NCBI GenBank assembly: GCA_016182085.1
Contig: JACOYB010000005.1
Coordinates: forward strand, 1,013 to 65,012
Source: Candidatus Magasanikiibacteriota bacterium
Lineage (GTDB): Bacteria; Patescibacteriota; Patescibacteriia; Magasanikbacterales; GWA2-37-8
Direction: 5' to 3'
DNA: 64,000 nt
Part shown: piece after piece, positions 1 to 9,711 of the stretch
Layout of the letters: the number at the start of each line of letters is the position of its first letter
How positions within the stretch are numbered: the stretch's first letter is position 1
Made by a program: the position numbers and the translations under genes
Notes under the pieces: generated by a model
What the model was told of the DNA's origin: nothing
The model's input: the letters and a program-made list of their open reading frames with translations, nothing else
The model's database searches: none

Positions 1-855
1 CAACTGTTTTTCAGGATTCGACTCTTTTTCAACATATTCAGAAATATCTGGAGTCACGGCATAGAGCGACTTAAACAACACCTTCTCTTCACCCATCTTT
101 CGTACCAACTTACTATAGTAACCTTTAGATACCGTGCAATCAGCATCAATAAAATCAATGATCGATTTAAGCTCGTCAGGATTAGCATTATTTTTTTGCG
201 CCTTTTTTAGCCTTTCCAAAGCAATATGCCCACCAATATTGCGTGCCTGACCTCCAGGATTATATTTATCATCTACAGCAAACATTTCGCTACTTGCATC
301 TATAGGAAAAATTTTAACACCAGACTCTACACATTCTTTAAAAATAGTTTTTTCATGCTCTGTTAACCCAAGCTGGCTAAGTTTTTCCCGCACACCGATT
401 ATAATTTCATCCAAAGCACCGCCTTCGATAAATTCTCTTTGAGCTATCTGTAATAAACGCAAACAGCGTAGGGTATTTTGATTTTCTTGAAAAGACGGCG
501 TATTACTTTTAGCATCTTCAGTTCGATTATTAATTACATAAAGCGTCTCCGATGAAATCTTAGTGTGAGCGCCTGCTTCATGACTAAGAGATTGTAATAG
601 ACGCCAAAAATTATTATTTTGCAATTCTCTATAAGCAGGGACAACTGTAACCACCTGCAGTTTATTATCTACCTCGGGTAGGTAATCTCCATACTTTGTA
701 ATGATATCATCATGGACGCGTTTAAATTCTCTTTGCCTTCTTTCCAAAAATGGTTTTCTCCAATCATAAAAATCACCTGATGAAATTGGTTCAGGTATTT
801 CTGAATTATGGCTGCCATTACTCATCGCGAAGTTTTGTTCTGGTGATCTGATCAT
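1..855 (-). CDS. Partial GT2-family glycosyltransferase. The N-terminal part is present and the C-terminus lies beyond the left edge.
   Basis: The reverse-strand ORF starts near 855 (ATG) and runs off the window. The translation contains a GT2-like N-terminal motif (LQVVTVVPAYRE) and a DxD-like IDADC. No stop codon occurs before position 1. Confidence 0.35.
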   Translation of the reverse strand, partial: MIRSPEQNFAMSNGSHNSEIPEPISSGDFYDWRKPFLERRQREFKRVHDDIITKYGDYLPEVDNKLQVVTVVPAYRELQNNNFWRLLQSLSHEAGAHTKISSETLYVINNRTEDAKSNTPSFQENQNTLRCLRLLQIAQREFIEGGALDEIIIGVREKLSQLGLTEHEKTIFKECVESGVKIFPIDASSEMFAVDDKYNPGGQARNIGGHIALERLKKAQKNNANPDELKSIIDFIDADCTVSKGYYSKLVRKMGEEKVLFKSLYAVTPDISEYVEKESNPEKQL

Positions 856-919
856 GGAATAGTGTATATCAATTCTGACAATCTCTACTCTATCACATCA
901 TTAAAATCGCTTCAATTAA

Positions 920-1100
920 CAATTTATTTACAGCGGAATACGATAAACTTGATTGGTTAGCCAAAAGGGGCTGGGGAATCCTGTCCGATTTTGGTGGATT
1001 TACGACGGTGCAGCGGGGATACGAAAAGTTACGAGGGGAATTTACGGAATAGGACGGGCGGAAGGAGGGGTTGGGGGAGGAATTCCGCCCGCCCACCGGT
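920..1100 (+). repeat. IR-A, the left inverted repeat of the defense island. It consists of a remnant of the recombinase 3' coding end (about 30 codons) followed by an 88-bp GC-rich core.
   Basis: Positions 1011-1098 are the reverse complement of 9983-10070 with 1 mismatch in 88 nt. Positions 938-1010 translate to FTAEYDKLDWLAKRGWGILSDFGGFTTVQ, which resembles the recombinase C-terminus encoded at 11555-11634. Confidence 0.8.
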
Positions 1101-1137
1101 GTGCTTTTTGACGATTTCAAGTTTTTCTTAACCTTCC

Positions 1138-1686
1138 CTATTTATAAAATAACTCATGATTACGAAGTTCTTTTTTTATATCTAAATAATTTGGAAGTGC
1201 TTCCTCAACTAAAGACCAGAATTTTCTGGAGTGATTAAATTCCTTCAAATGGCACATCTCGTGCACTATAATATAATCCTGGTGTTTTTGCGATAAAAAC
1301 ACTATTTTATAATTCAAATTTAGATTGTGCTTGCATGAACAACTACCCCAGCGAGTCTTTTGATTTTTAATAAAGATTTTATTGAACGAAAAACCATACA
1401 CCTTATTATAAAATGCAACTCGTTCATTCACAAGAGCAAATGCTTTATCTTTATTTTCTAGATAATCCTTGTTCGAAAAAGTGCGTATAGCCCTACTATC
1501 CACGCTCTTAAAAAATTGTATTTTGTCCCACACCCATTGTTTTTTATCGGTAATAAATTTTTCAATTATCGATTGCTGAACCCCAAAAGGACTCGTAATC
1601 ACAACACTTCCGTCACAATAGACCGCGAGACGCATTCGTTTTGCTCGCTTGCTTCTTTTGAGTTTATAGGGGATTTTCTTTTCCAT
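1138..1686 (-). CDS. YgjP-like (DUF45/WLM-type) zinc metallohydrolase. This family is commonly encoded next to hsdR.
   Basis: The HEMCH zinc-binding motif is present. The protein is 182 aa and lies immediately downstream of hsdR on the same strand. Confidence 0.55.
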   Translation of the reverse strand: MEKKIPYKLKRSKRAKRMRLAVYCDGSVVITSPFGVQQSIIEKFITDKKQWVWDKIQFFKSVDSRAIRTFSNKDYLENKDKAFALVNERVAFYNKVYGFSFNKIFIKNQKTRWGSCSCKHNLNLNYKIVFLSQKHQDYIIVHEMCHLKEFNHSRKFWSLVEEALPNYLDIKKELRNHELFYK

Positions 1687-1691
1687 ACGCT

Positions 1692-4607
1692 CTAGAATTT
1701 TTTAGTGATTATATCCACCAACCTATTCAAGAATTTCGGAAAATCTTTTACAACAAACCTGCCTTTATAATCTCGTAATATTATCTCCTGCAGCGTTTGT
1801 TTGATATCCTTTATAAAAACATCCCTCTTTGAGGATTCCTGCCACCCAGCATCAAGATCATCCTCTATACGAATTCGCAACTCCTTCACAAACTTTTTAA
1901 TCTCCTCATCTTTTCCACCTTCAATGAATTCCTGCGAGATTACATAGAGCGCGTACTCTTTTAAATCAAGCCCCAAATCTTTCGCTTCGCCCCCTTTTGT
2001 TCGGATATCTCTCATCAATTCTTCATACCGACGAATTCGTTCAGCAAGATCAATCTGATTCTGTTCAAACTCTTTACGAATAGCGGTAAGTCGCTCGCTG
2101 AACTTCTGGTAGGCTGGATTTTCATCTAGGTTGATTGAAATTTCTTGCTTGAGCATTTTCTCAAGATTCAATGCCTTTTCTTCCTCATCCATCCCTTTTA
2201 ATCGCTCGAGCGTATATAAATCATTCACGCGAAGTTCACGAAAATTCTTAGTGATTCCTTCATAATCAATAATATTACTTTTTTGAATTAATTCTCTAAC
2301 TTTCTCACCGTATTCTTCCAGTAAATATCTGTCGTCTTCACTTCGAAAATGTTTCAAAAATGCTAAATAAAAACTCGTTACCCACTCAAACTGGCGAATA
2401 TACTGCTTCAAGAATGGATCAGGCGATAAAAACTCAAACAAACTCTTGAGCTTCATATATTTCTCAACAAAGTATTTTTGTTTGTCTTGATTATCCATAA
2501 AAATCTTCAAGCATCGGCGAAGGTTATCCATCGACGGATCTTCGATATTCACTCCTGTAAATATCTTCATCATATCATTCAATACGTCCACAAATCTCTC
2601 TTTCACCCGTTCAATATCAATCATCGCTGAATCTATAACATCCTCATCAAAATCAAGCGCATCATACAAATTTCTTGTAATTCCATAATAATCAATAATT
2701 TTTCCCGCTTCTTTGTTTTTATACACACGATTTGTACGCGCAATCGCCTGCAAAAGGTTGTGGTCACGAAGTGGTTTATCGAGATACATCACCTGCTCTA
2801 TAGGCGCATCAAAGCCAGTAAGCAACATGTCGCACACTAAAAGAAATTTCAAAGACGATTTTGGATCTTTGAATCGTTCAATAATTTGTTCGCGTTCACG
2901 CTTGCTAGTGTTATACACTTTCAAATCATCAGCATCGCTATTTGGATCTCCTGGCGAATACACCACGGCTGACCATTCGGTAGGAATAAACTTATCAAGC
3001 AATTTCTTATAAGTCGCCACAGCTTCGCGGTCATACGCTACAATCTGCGCCTTAAAGCCATTTGGCTCAACATAGAGCTTGTAATGTTCAATAATGTCCC
3101 TTGCAACGGCTTCCATGCGTTTTGGCAATTTAACCAAAGCCGCTTTCTTACCATATTTCTTCACCAACTCGGTTTTTTGTTTATCTGGCAAATCTCCGGC
3201 AATTTCTTCAAACTTCTGATCAAGTTTTTCTTCATCAATAGAAAACTTAGAAAGTCGCGCTTCATAAGTCACCGGGATTGTCGCTCCGTCATCAATAGCT
3301 TGCTGAATGGAATAATAATCCAAATACCGTTTTCCCTCACCTTCATAATTTCGGAAAGTGTTTGTATGTGTTTTATCCACCGGAGTACCAGTGAATCCAA
3401 AGAAGAATGCTTTTTTAAACGCATTACGCATATTGATACCCGATACGCCCTCGTCGCCACGGTGTGCTTCGTCAGAAAGAATAATCACATTCTCGTCTAG
3501 ATTTTGTACTTTATCACCAAGTTCGGAAAACTTTTGAATGGTCGTGATGAAAATACCTTTCTCTGGTGATTGAATTTTTAGCTCTAAATCCTTACGAGAA
3601 GTGACACGAACAATATTTTTTCCTCCCGCATTAGTAAATGTTTCAAATATCTGATCGTCCAAATCTACGCGATCAACCAAAATAAACACCTTCGGATTAG
3701 CAAGTTGTTTATTGAAACGCAATTTCCATGCCGTAAAATACATTGTAAGCGTCTTGCCCGATCCTTGCGTATGCCAAATAAGCCCTTGTCGTTTTTCTTT
3801 ATTCACAACACGCTCCACAATTTTATTTGTTGCTCTCATTTGCTGATAGCGAGCCATTTTCTTCACCAATCTTTCTTTTTCTTTTTCAAATAAAATAAAG
3901 TTTTGAACGATATCCAAAAAGTTTGCTTTAGAGAGTAATGAAAAAAGTGTCATCTCCAGTTCTCCGCCTAGTTCTTTTTCGGCATTCTCATCACGCCACT
4001 GAAGAAAATATTGTTTTGGCGTACCGGTTGCACCGTAAACAGTTTTGAGCCCGTCACTGGCGATATTGAAACAGTTTGGAATAAATAATTTACGAGCAAC
4101 TTTTTCATATCGTTTTATTTGGTCAATACCATTCTCAAAACTAACTCCTTCGGAAGCTGTCGGACTTTTGGCTTCAATATCCACGAGCGGAAACCCGTTC
4201 ACAAAAATGATAATATCCGGACGAATATTTTCGGTGTCGCCTTCAAAATAGAACTGATTAGTAACGACAAATTGATTATTTTCCGGATTGTCAAAATCAA
4301 GCAGTTTGTAATCGTGCTTTTTTCCTGTAGATGAATTCTTAAGGTTGATCCCATCTCGTAATACTTTCAAAAAAGCTTCGTTGTTATCAATTTTTCTCAC
4401 CTCGCGAATCACATTCTTGATCTCGCTTTCGTTCGCAGTAGGATTGAGGGCAGAAAGCGCGCGTTCCAAAAGCGGAGTGGTGATGTATTCCGTCTCAAGT
4501 TCGCGATACTTCACAAACTCCTCCGGCTTTATATACTCAAAACCAAGCTTATCTTTAATAAACTTGATGATGTAATTTTCGATTGTAACTTGTTCGTTGA
4601 ATTTCAT
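1692..4607 (-). CDS. hsdR: Type I restriction enzyme R subunit (HsdR)
   Basis: The protein is 971 aa with helicase motifs (GSGKT Walker A, DEAH box in ILSDEAHRG). Its start overlaps the hsdS stop by 4 bp. Confidence 0.9.
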   Translation of the reverse strand: MKFNEQVTIENYIIKFIKDKLGFEYIKPEEFVKYRELETEYITTPLLERALSALNPTANESEIKNVIREVRKIDNNEAFLKVLRDGINLKNSSTGKKHDYKLLDFDNPENNQFVVTNQFYFEGDTENIRPDIIIFVNGFPLVDIEAKSPTASEGVSFENGIDQIKRYEKVARKLFIPNCFNIASDGLKTVYGATGTPKQYFLQWRDENAEKELGGELEMTLFSLLSKANFLDIVQNFILFEKEKERLVKKMARYQQMRATNKIVERVVNKEKRQGLIWHTQGSGKTLTMYFTAWKLRFNKQLANPKVFILVDRVDLDDQIFETFTNAGGKNIVRVTSRKDLELKIQSPEKGIFITTIQKFSELGDKVQNLDENVIILSDEAHRGDEGVSGINMRNAFKKAFFFGFTGTPVDKTHTNTFRNYEGEGKRYLDYYSIQQAIDDGATIPVTYEARLSKFSIDEEKLDQKFEEIAGDLPDKQKTELVKKYGKKAALVKLPKRMEAVARDIIEHYKLYVEPNGFKAQIVAYDREAVATYKKLLDKFIPTEWSAVVYSPGDPNSDADDLKVYNTSKREREQIIERFKDPKSSLKFLLVCDMLLTGFDAPIEQVMYLDKPLRDHNLLQAIARTNRVYKNKEAGKIIDYYGITRNLYDALDFDEDVIDSAMIDIERVKERFVDVLNDMMKIFTGVNIEDPSMDNLRRCLKIFMDNQDKQKYFVEKYMKLKSLFEFLSPDPFLKQYIRQFEWVTSFYLAFLKHFRSEDDRYLLEEYGEKVRELIQKSNIIDYEGITKNFRELRVNDLYTLERLKGMDEEEKALNLEKMLKQEISINLDENPAYQKFSERLTAIRKEFEQNQIDLAERIRRYEELMRDIRTKGGEAKDLGLDLKEYALYVISQEFIEGGKDEEIKKFVKELRIRIEDDLDAGWQESSKRDVFIKDIKQTLQEIILRDYKGRFVVKDFPKFLNRLVDIITKKF

Positions 4608-5746
4608 ATATTTGTTCGTACTACCCCACTCAACAAGTCCTGCATTAGGCCTTTCTTGAGGAGAGTAAGTTTTTCTTTTAATTTTTTATTGACCAAAATC
4701 TTTTTATCAACTGCGGAAAGAATTTCTGCAATCTCTTTTATTTCAGAGGTTTTTTTTGGCTTCGGTATTGGTATCATAAAAAGTCGATCCTTATTTAACT
4801 TCGGTTGAGTCATCCCCGTTAGATACGGCCCCAGATTAAGCATATTCAAATAATCTTGGACATATTGTTGTAAAAATTTATCTTCAAATCTTTGAATATG
4901 TGCATGATTATTCACCCAATACTTACCAGTTGCAGTAAAAGCAATAGGATAATTTCTATCTTTAAGATTCGCGCCATCTTCCGAAATTAGTAATAACGTT
5001 TCTTCAAAAATATAATCACTAACATAATCAACGATGCCTGTTGCGCCGTAGTAGGGATATTGTCCAGTGCTTCTTTTTGATTTAGTTATCGGAATGCGTT
5101 TGTTATCCAAGTTTTTAGAAATATCTTCCAAGCTCAACACATCCCACTCTTCCGGAATCTGTCCGATTTTTGTCTCCTTAAATTTTGTATGCCCAATCCC
5201 GCGAGTAAAAAGCTGTTGCATCAATCCGCGCTTGAGCTTTTCTGTCGCCTCAATCACTTCCTGCGTTTTCGCAATATCCTCATCCACCGCTCCCAAAATT
5301 TCGGCAATTTTTTGTTGTTCAGGGAACGGCGGAACCAACACTTCCAAATTCTGATATTGCGATATGTAGAATCGTTTATGACTTCCAGTAGGAAAATTAA
5401 CAGATTTCATTTTTGCATAAAAAAATCGCAAATCCACATCAGATCTTTTTTCTTTCAAAATTTTAATAGCTGATGACTTTATTTTAAACGGAAAATCAAC
5501 AAACTTACTATCAGTTGTAAAATCATCAAAGATGATTACTGGAAGATTTTTATAAACCCCAAAATCTTCATCCGTATAACCCAATACAAAAGACTTATTT
5601 GCCGTAAGTACGGGGGTCTTTGCTTTGTCGCTATAACTTGTACTTTTAACGATATAATTATCGGGACGCTCATAACCCAAAATATCGCTCAATTTTTTAA
5701 GCGACCACCCTTTTGGAATATTTTGTTGTGTGATGTTAGTTTTCAT
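4604..5746 (-). CDS. hsdS: Type I restriction-modification specificity subunit (HsdS)
   Basis: The protein is 380 aa with two target-recognition-domain halves and conserved central and C-terminal coiled regions (LKRGLMQQL / LKKGLMQDLL repeats). Confidence 0.8.
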   Translation of the reverse strand: MKTNITQQNIPKGWSLKKLSDILGYERPDNYIVKSTSYSDKAKTPVLTANKSFVLGYTDEDFGVYKNLPVIIFDDFTTDSKFVDFPFKIKSSAIKILKEKRSDVDLRFFYAKMKSVNFPTGSHKRFYISQYQNLEVLVPPFPEQQKIAEILGAVDEDIAKTQEVIEATEKLKRGLMQQLFTRGIGHTKFKETKIGQIPEEWDVLSLEDISKNLDNKRIPITKSKRSTGQYPYYGATGIVDYVSDYIFEETLLLISEDGANLKDRNYPIAFTATGKYWVNNHAHIQRFEDKFLQQYVQDYLNMLNLGPYLTGMTQPKLNKDRLFMIPIPKPKKTSEIKEIAEILSAVDKKILVNKKLKEKLTLLKKGLMQDLLSGVVRTNI

Positions 5747-5748
5747 AC

Positions 5749-6648
5749 CTAACTATCAATTCTAATAATCTTAGACGCGTGATTTGGATCTTCGGTTTTC
5801 TCCTGAATTGTAAGTTGTCTATAATACCTACAAGAATATCTTAAATAATCTTCTAACTCATCCAGATCTATATTGCCCTTCTTCAAATCAACGGGGTAGA
5901 TTGAAATAATCAATTTCTCACAGATATTAAGTGTTTTAGAAGTTTCTACATAACTTGCAATGATTTCCTTGATTGATCCTGTGCGAGATAAGTAAGAGTC
6001 CCTTCCATGTTGAGTATTAATCAGTGGAATAGTGACTGCGCTATCCTTAGCAGATTCCAATGCAACGTAAGACCACAGTCCATTCAGGGCTTGAATAAAA
6101 TCATCAATTTCAGATTTCACTCGATTATTACCATTTTTTACAGAATTCACTACGAGATAAAACTTTTTTCCATTTTGCTCAACTTCAATTGTTTTTCCAA
6201 CATCATGGTTAGTCCCAATAGACAACTTAGCGGAAATATCAGTATTTAAGTGTTCGGTTTTTCCATTGTAAAATTTCTGAATTACTTGATTCTGAATACT
6301 ATTTGCCTTTTGAACATTCCCCCCAAGAGACATATCAAATTGATCATTTACAGGGACCACAAGAGCACCTTTATTTTCAAAAGCATCGCCGACTCTGATT
6401 TCCAGAAAATTATCTTTACCGCGCAAGTGATAACCAAAGTGTGATTTCGGTTTATTTTTTACAATAGCAAATAGAAGGATAATAATAAAAACAAAGGCGA
6501 AAACATCAACTTTTTTTAGATAAACATCGGCAGAACCTGCTGTGCTATAACTGGCAATCTCTACAAATAGCCAAAAGATACCTACAAATGACACAAGGTC
6601 CACTAAAATAAATTTCCATTTTTTTATCCACCTCTTTAATAAACTCAT
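5749..6648 (-). CDS. Two-TM N-terminus plus a Macro-like domain protein. It is a candidate type II Thoeris ThsA-like effector.
   Basis: There are two N-terminal hydrophobic helices (residues ~12-32 and 45-63). The soluble domain carries a macro-like motif, GDAFENKGALVVPVNDQFDMSLGGNV. The gene overlaps the upstream TIR-like gene by 4 bp. Confidence 0.45.
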   Translation of the reverse strand: MSLLKRWIKKWKFILVDLVSFVGIFWLFVEIASYSTAGSADVYLKKVDVFAFVFIIILLFAIVKNKPKSHFGYHLRGKDNFLEIRVGDAFENKGALVVPVNDQFDMSLGGNVQKANSIQNQVIQKFYNGKTEHLNTDISAKLSIGTNHDVGKTIEVEQNGKKFYLVVNSVKNGNNRVKSEIDDFIQALNGLWSYVALESAKDSAVTIPLINTQHGRDSYLSRTGSIKEIIASYVETSKTLNICEKLIISIYPVDLKKGNIDLDELEDYLRYSCRYYRQLTIQEKTEDPNHASKIIRIDS

Positions 6649-7148
6649 AGCCCTAGATTTTTATAAGTTTCTTCATTATACCTGTAAGCTCCTGATTTTC
6701 TCTCTCCTCTATATTTTTTATCCAACATCTCCCACTCATCTAACGCTTTTGCAATAATTTTTTGGTTAAAACTAACGTGCACAGCCAACTCATCAACAAG
6801 AGTTGCCGGACAAAGACTTCCATCCTTATACCTTTTTCCATTCAGATTTATAACAATAATTGGCAAACTTCTTTTAACAGCTTGTTCGACCTCCCAGAGT
6901 ACAAACTTACGAAGCAATTTTGTTTTTTCACCGACAAGCAAGACAAAAACTTTCGTATTTTGGAGTCTTTCACGAAGCTTGGCTTTAATTGTTTCCTCGC
7001 TTGCCCATGACATTAAATTATTTAAATCATGAGCATCATAAAAGTTAAATGGTGTATTATCATTTTGCTTCCATGCTTGCATCAGCCGATAATAACGAAT
7101 GTCATTATCGGCATCAAACGCAACATAAGTTTTATTTGTGTAGGCCAT
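6645..7148 (-). CDS. TIR-like (DUF1863 / ThsB-like) protein
   Basis: The protein is 167 aa. Its N-terminal YVAFDADNDIRYYRLMQAW and central KVFVLLVGEKTKLLRKFVLWEVEQA match the TIR-like DUF1863 pattern (FSFHYE..D, VLIGS.T..S.WV..EI). Confidence 0.55.
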   Translation of the reverse strand: MAYTNKTYVAFDADNDIRYYRLMQAWKQNDNTPFNFYDAHDLNNLMSWASEETIKAKLRERLQNTKVFVLLVGEKTKLLRKFVLWEVEQAVKRSLPIIVINLNGKRYKDGSLCPATLVDELAVHVSFNQKIIAKALDEWEMLDKKYRGERKSGAYRYNEETYKNLGL

Positions 7149-7175
7149 ATATTTTTAATATTTTAATTCTAAAAA

Positions 7176-7988
7176 TTATTCCCCACTTTCAATATTCTTT
7201 ACCTTCTTAGACTTCTTTATTCTCGTATGCGCCTTTCCTATCGCGTCCGGCGTTGGCAGATGTTCCGGCATAGTGCCGCCAAGGCTAGCAATGGTGTTGC
7301 GAACTTTTTGACCAACTTCATAATGCGCCAGGCTAGCGTTAGTTTGACCTTGTATATTTTCGCGCTTTATTTTTGCATCAGTTTGAGTGGCGCGAAATAA
7401 GTTGGCTGCTAACTCTTCACTATTCATGTGGTCTAAAATCTTTTGCGACTTCTTCAATCCCTTTTTTTCATGAATATCCTGCATTGTTAGTCCGCCATAC
7501 AAACCTTTATAGCCATAATTCTGGAAAATTGCATAGTTTTCTACCCCTGCTATAGCCGCGGTTTTAGTTAATGCCGTATTGTGTTTTTTCATTTCTTCAC
7601 GCAAATAAACACGACTATGATCTTCAATCAAATTATCAGTTTTTTCTTGGCGTCGGGTCTGAATTGCAAAATAGGTTTGACCTTTAGCAACCACAACCTT
7701 GGTTGGGTCGGAATTTTGCACTATCAAATAACAGGCGTACCGAGATAAATATATGGTATCTATCGGCCTTTCTGCTCCAGAGCCAATCTGGACCATTTCG
7801 TCCATATGGACAAAATGGTTGTGGATAACTTCCCCGCTATTTTCACAAGCAATTTGCGCTTTATCAATAACATTCTGAAATTTACGATAGTCTGGATACT
7901 CTAAAGCCTTGGCCAAATCACGTGAAGACCAATATTCCGCACCATTATTATCTATTCTTTTTATTGATTCAAAGGTATTGTCTGCCAT
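7176..7988 (-). CDS. dinD: DinD-like (DNA-damage-inducible protein D / Bro-N-like) protein
   Basis: The N-terminal FESIKRIDNNGAEYWSSRDLAKALEYPDYRKFQNVIDKAQIAC and the following YLSRYACYLIVQNSDP resemble the DinD family. Confidence 0.5.
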   Translation of the reverse strand: MADNTFESIKRIDNNGAEYWSSRDLAKALEYPDYRKFQNVIDKAQIACENSGEVIHNHFVHMDEMVQIGSGAERPIDTIYLSRYACYLIVQNSDPTKVVVAKGQTYFAIQTRRQEKTDNLIEDHSRVYLREEMKKHNTALTKTAAIAGVENYAIFQNYGYKGLYGGLTMQDIHEKKGLKKSQKILDHMNSEELAANLFRATQTDAKIKRENIQGQTNASLAHYEVGQKVRNTIASLGGTMPEHLPTPDAIGKAHTRIKKSKKVKNIESGE

Positions 7989-7993
7989 ATTAT

Positions 7994-9679
7994 TTAGTAG
8001 TTTAATTCTTTTAAATAGCCTGCAACTTTTTTGTCGGCTGCTTCACGCTCTTTTTCAATCTCCTTCACCTCGCTCCACACTGTTTTCACATCCACCACTT
8101 CCTCATCCTCGCCGTTTTCTACATAGCGTCGCACATTGAGATTAAACTCGTTTTCCTTTAGCTCTTTGATATCCACAACTCGAGCGTATTTTTCAATATC
8201 TCGGTAGCCCTCAAACGCCAACACCATTTTTTCTATATCTTTTTTTCGTAAGCGGTTCTGGTTTTTTCCTTCCTCAAAATCTTGTTCGGCATCAATGATG
8301 AGAATTTTGTTCTTGTGACCCTCTGGTTTATTTTTGTTAAATATCACAATTGCTGCCGGAATACCCGTACCATAAAAAAGTTTTGCAGGAAGAGCAATGA
8401 TGGCTTCGATTAAATCGTTTTTGATAAGATTTTCGCGGATACGACCTTCTGCGCCACCACGGAAAAGCACACCGTGTGGAAGCACGATTCCGGCACGGCC
8501 ATTTTCGTTCATTGATTTCACCATGTGAAGCACGAAAGCATAATCGGCTTTTTTGGCTGGAGGCATTTCGTAGCCGGCAACTCGGCCGTATTTATCATGT
8601 TTAAATATTTCGTATTCCCATTCACTTATAGAATACGGAGGATTAGCAACGCAGATGTCGAACGTCTTCAGCGAACCGTCTGGGTTTAGAAACTTCGGAT
8701 CAGCGAGCGTGTCTCCACGCTGAATGTCGGCACTATCAAGCCCGTGTAGGAACATGTTAATCTTTGCGATTGCATATGTCCCGATATTAATTTCCTGTCC
8801 ATAAAGATAAAGCGAACGGGCTTTTTTGTCTCCCTCTTGGTCTTTTAGATGATGATACGCCTCCAAAAGGAAGCCTCCAGAGCCAACAGCCATGTCATAT
8901 ATATGATCCTTCTCGTGCGGCTTTAAGATGCTAATAATCACACGCTCAACTTCGCGTGGAGTGTAGAATTCTCCACCTTTTTTACCGGCATCCGCCGCAA
9001 ATTGCTCGATTAGATATTCGTACGCATCGCCAAGAAGATCAGAACTGATATAATTGTCTCCAAAATTAAATTGTGAGAAGTGATTTATAAGGCGCTGGAT
9101 TGTTTCATTTGGAAATTTATCTTTATTTGCAAAATCTAGATCATCAAAAATCTTGTCGAGCTTTGGACTATTTGCATTTGTGAGCTTATCAAAAATCCCG
9201 TTTAGTTTATGGCCGATTCCTTCGGCTTGTTTTTGAATTACTTCCCATCGGCAATCTTTTGGAACTTGAAAACGGTGATTGTGGTCTGCGCGCGCAATTT
9301 CTTCATCGTGATATTCTTCTAAAACTTTTTTATACTCTTCATCCCATGAGTCACTAATGCGTTTGTAAAAAAGAAGCCCAAAAATATATTTTTTATAATC
9401 CGAACTATCTATCTTCCCGCGCAAAATATCGGCGCTTCTCCAAAGAAATTGCTTGAGTTGAGTTAGATTCATCTTTCCTTCATCATCTGCGCTAGGAACA
9501 CCGAGCTCTTTTATAATGCTTTTATCGTTTGCGATACGCTCAATATCTTCGGGTTTATATTTTCGATCTTTTCGAGGGCCAACTCGCAAAGGAGTAATGA
9601 GGCCCCTTTTTTCCCAGTTACGAAGAGTGTCTTGATGAATTCCAAATATTTTCGAAACTTCGCTGATTGAGAGTAACAT
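7994..9679 (-). CDS. hsdM: Type I RM DNA methyltransferase (HsdM), with an N-terminal MerR/excisionase-like HTH extension
   Basis: The NPPY catalytic motif (VANPPYSISEW) and the HsdM N-terminal domain (MNLTQLKQFLWRSADILRG) are present. The first ~65 aa (SISEVSKIFGIHQDTLRNWEKRGLI) look like a MerR-type HTH fused in-frame. Confidence 0.85.
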   Translation of the reverse strand: MLLSISEVSKIFGIHQDTLRNWEKRGLITPLRVGPRKDRKYKPEDIERIANDKSIIKELGVPSADDEGKMNLTQLKQFLWRSADILRGKIDSSDYKKYIFGLLFYKRISDSWDEEYKKVLEEYHDEEIARADHNHRFQVPKDCRWEVIQKQAEGIGHKLNGIFDKLTNANSPKLDKIFDDLDFANKDKFPNETIQRLINHFSQFNFGDNYISSDLLGDAYEYLIEQFAADAGKKGGEFYTPREVERVIISILKPHEKDHIYDMAVGSGGFLLEAYHHLKDQEGDKKARSLYLYGQEINIGTYAIAKINMFLHGLDSADIQRGDTLADPKFLNPDGSLKTFDICVANPPYSISEWEYEIFKHDKYGRVAGYEMPPAKKADYAFVLHMVKSMNENGRAGIVLPHGVLFRGGAEGRIRENLIKNDLIEAIIALPAKLFYGTGIPAAIVIFNKNKPEGHKNKILIIDAEQDFEEGKNQNRLRKKDIEKMVLAFEGYRDIEKYARVVDIKELKENEFNLNVRRYVENGEDEEVVDVKTVWSEVKEIEKEREAADKKVAGYLKELNY

Positions 9680-9711
9680 ATTAATTTTTGACTATTTTTT
9701 TAATTTTTCTT

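Noticed and set aside
1011-1098. The 88-bp GC-rich IR core as a degenerate tRNA or tRNA-3'-end duplicate (classical att scar)
   Set aside because: It does not fold into acceptor/T-arm features. It lacks a GTTCRANYC T-loop and shows only weak similarity to the tRNA-Trp 3' half. It is more likely element-derived sequence.
893-1120. 75-aa ORF on the minus strand inside IR-A
   Set aside because: It lies entirely within the GC-rich inverted-repeat core. There is no equivalent ORF on the corresponding strand of IR-B. It is low-complexity and Pro/Ser/Gly-rich, and is most likely non-coding repeat sequence.
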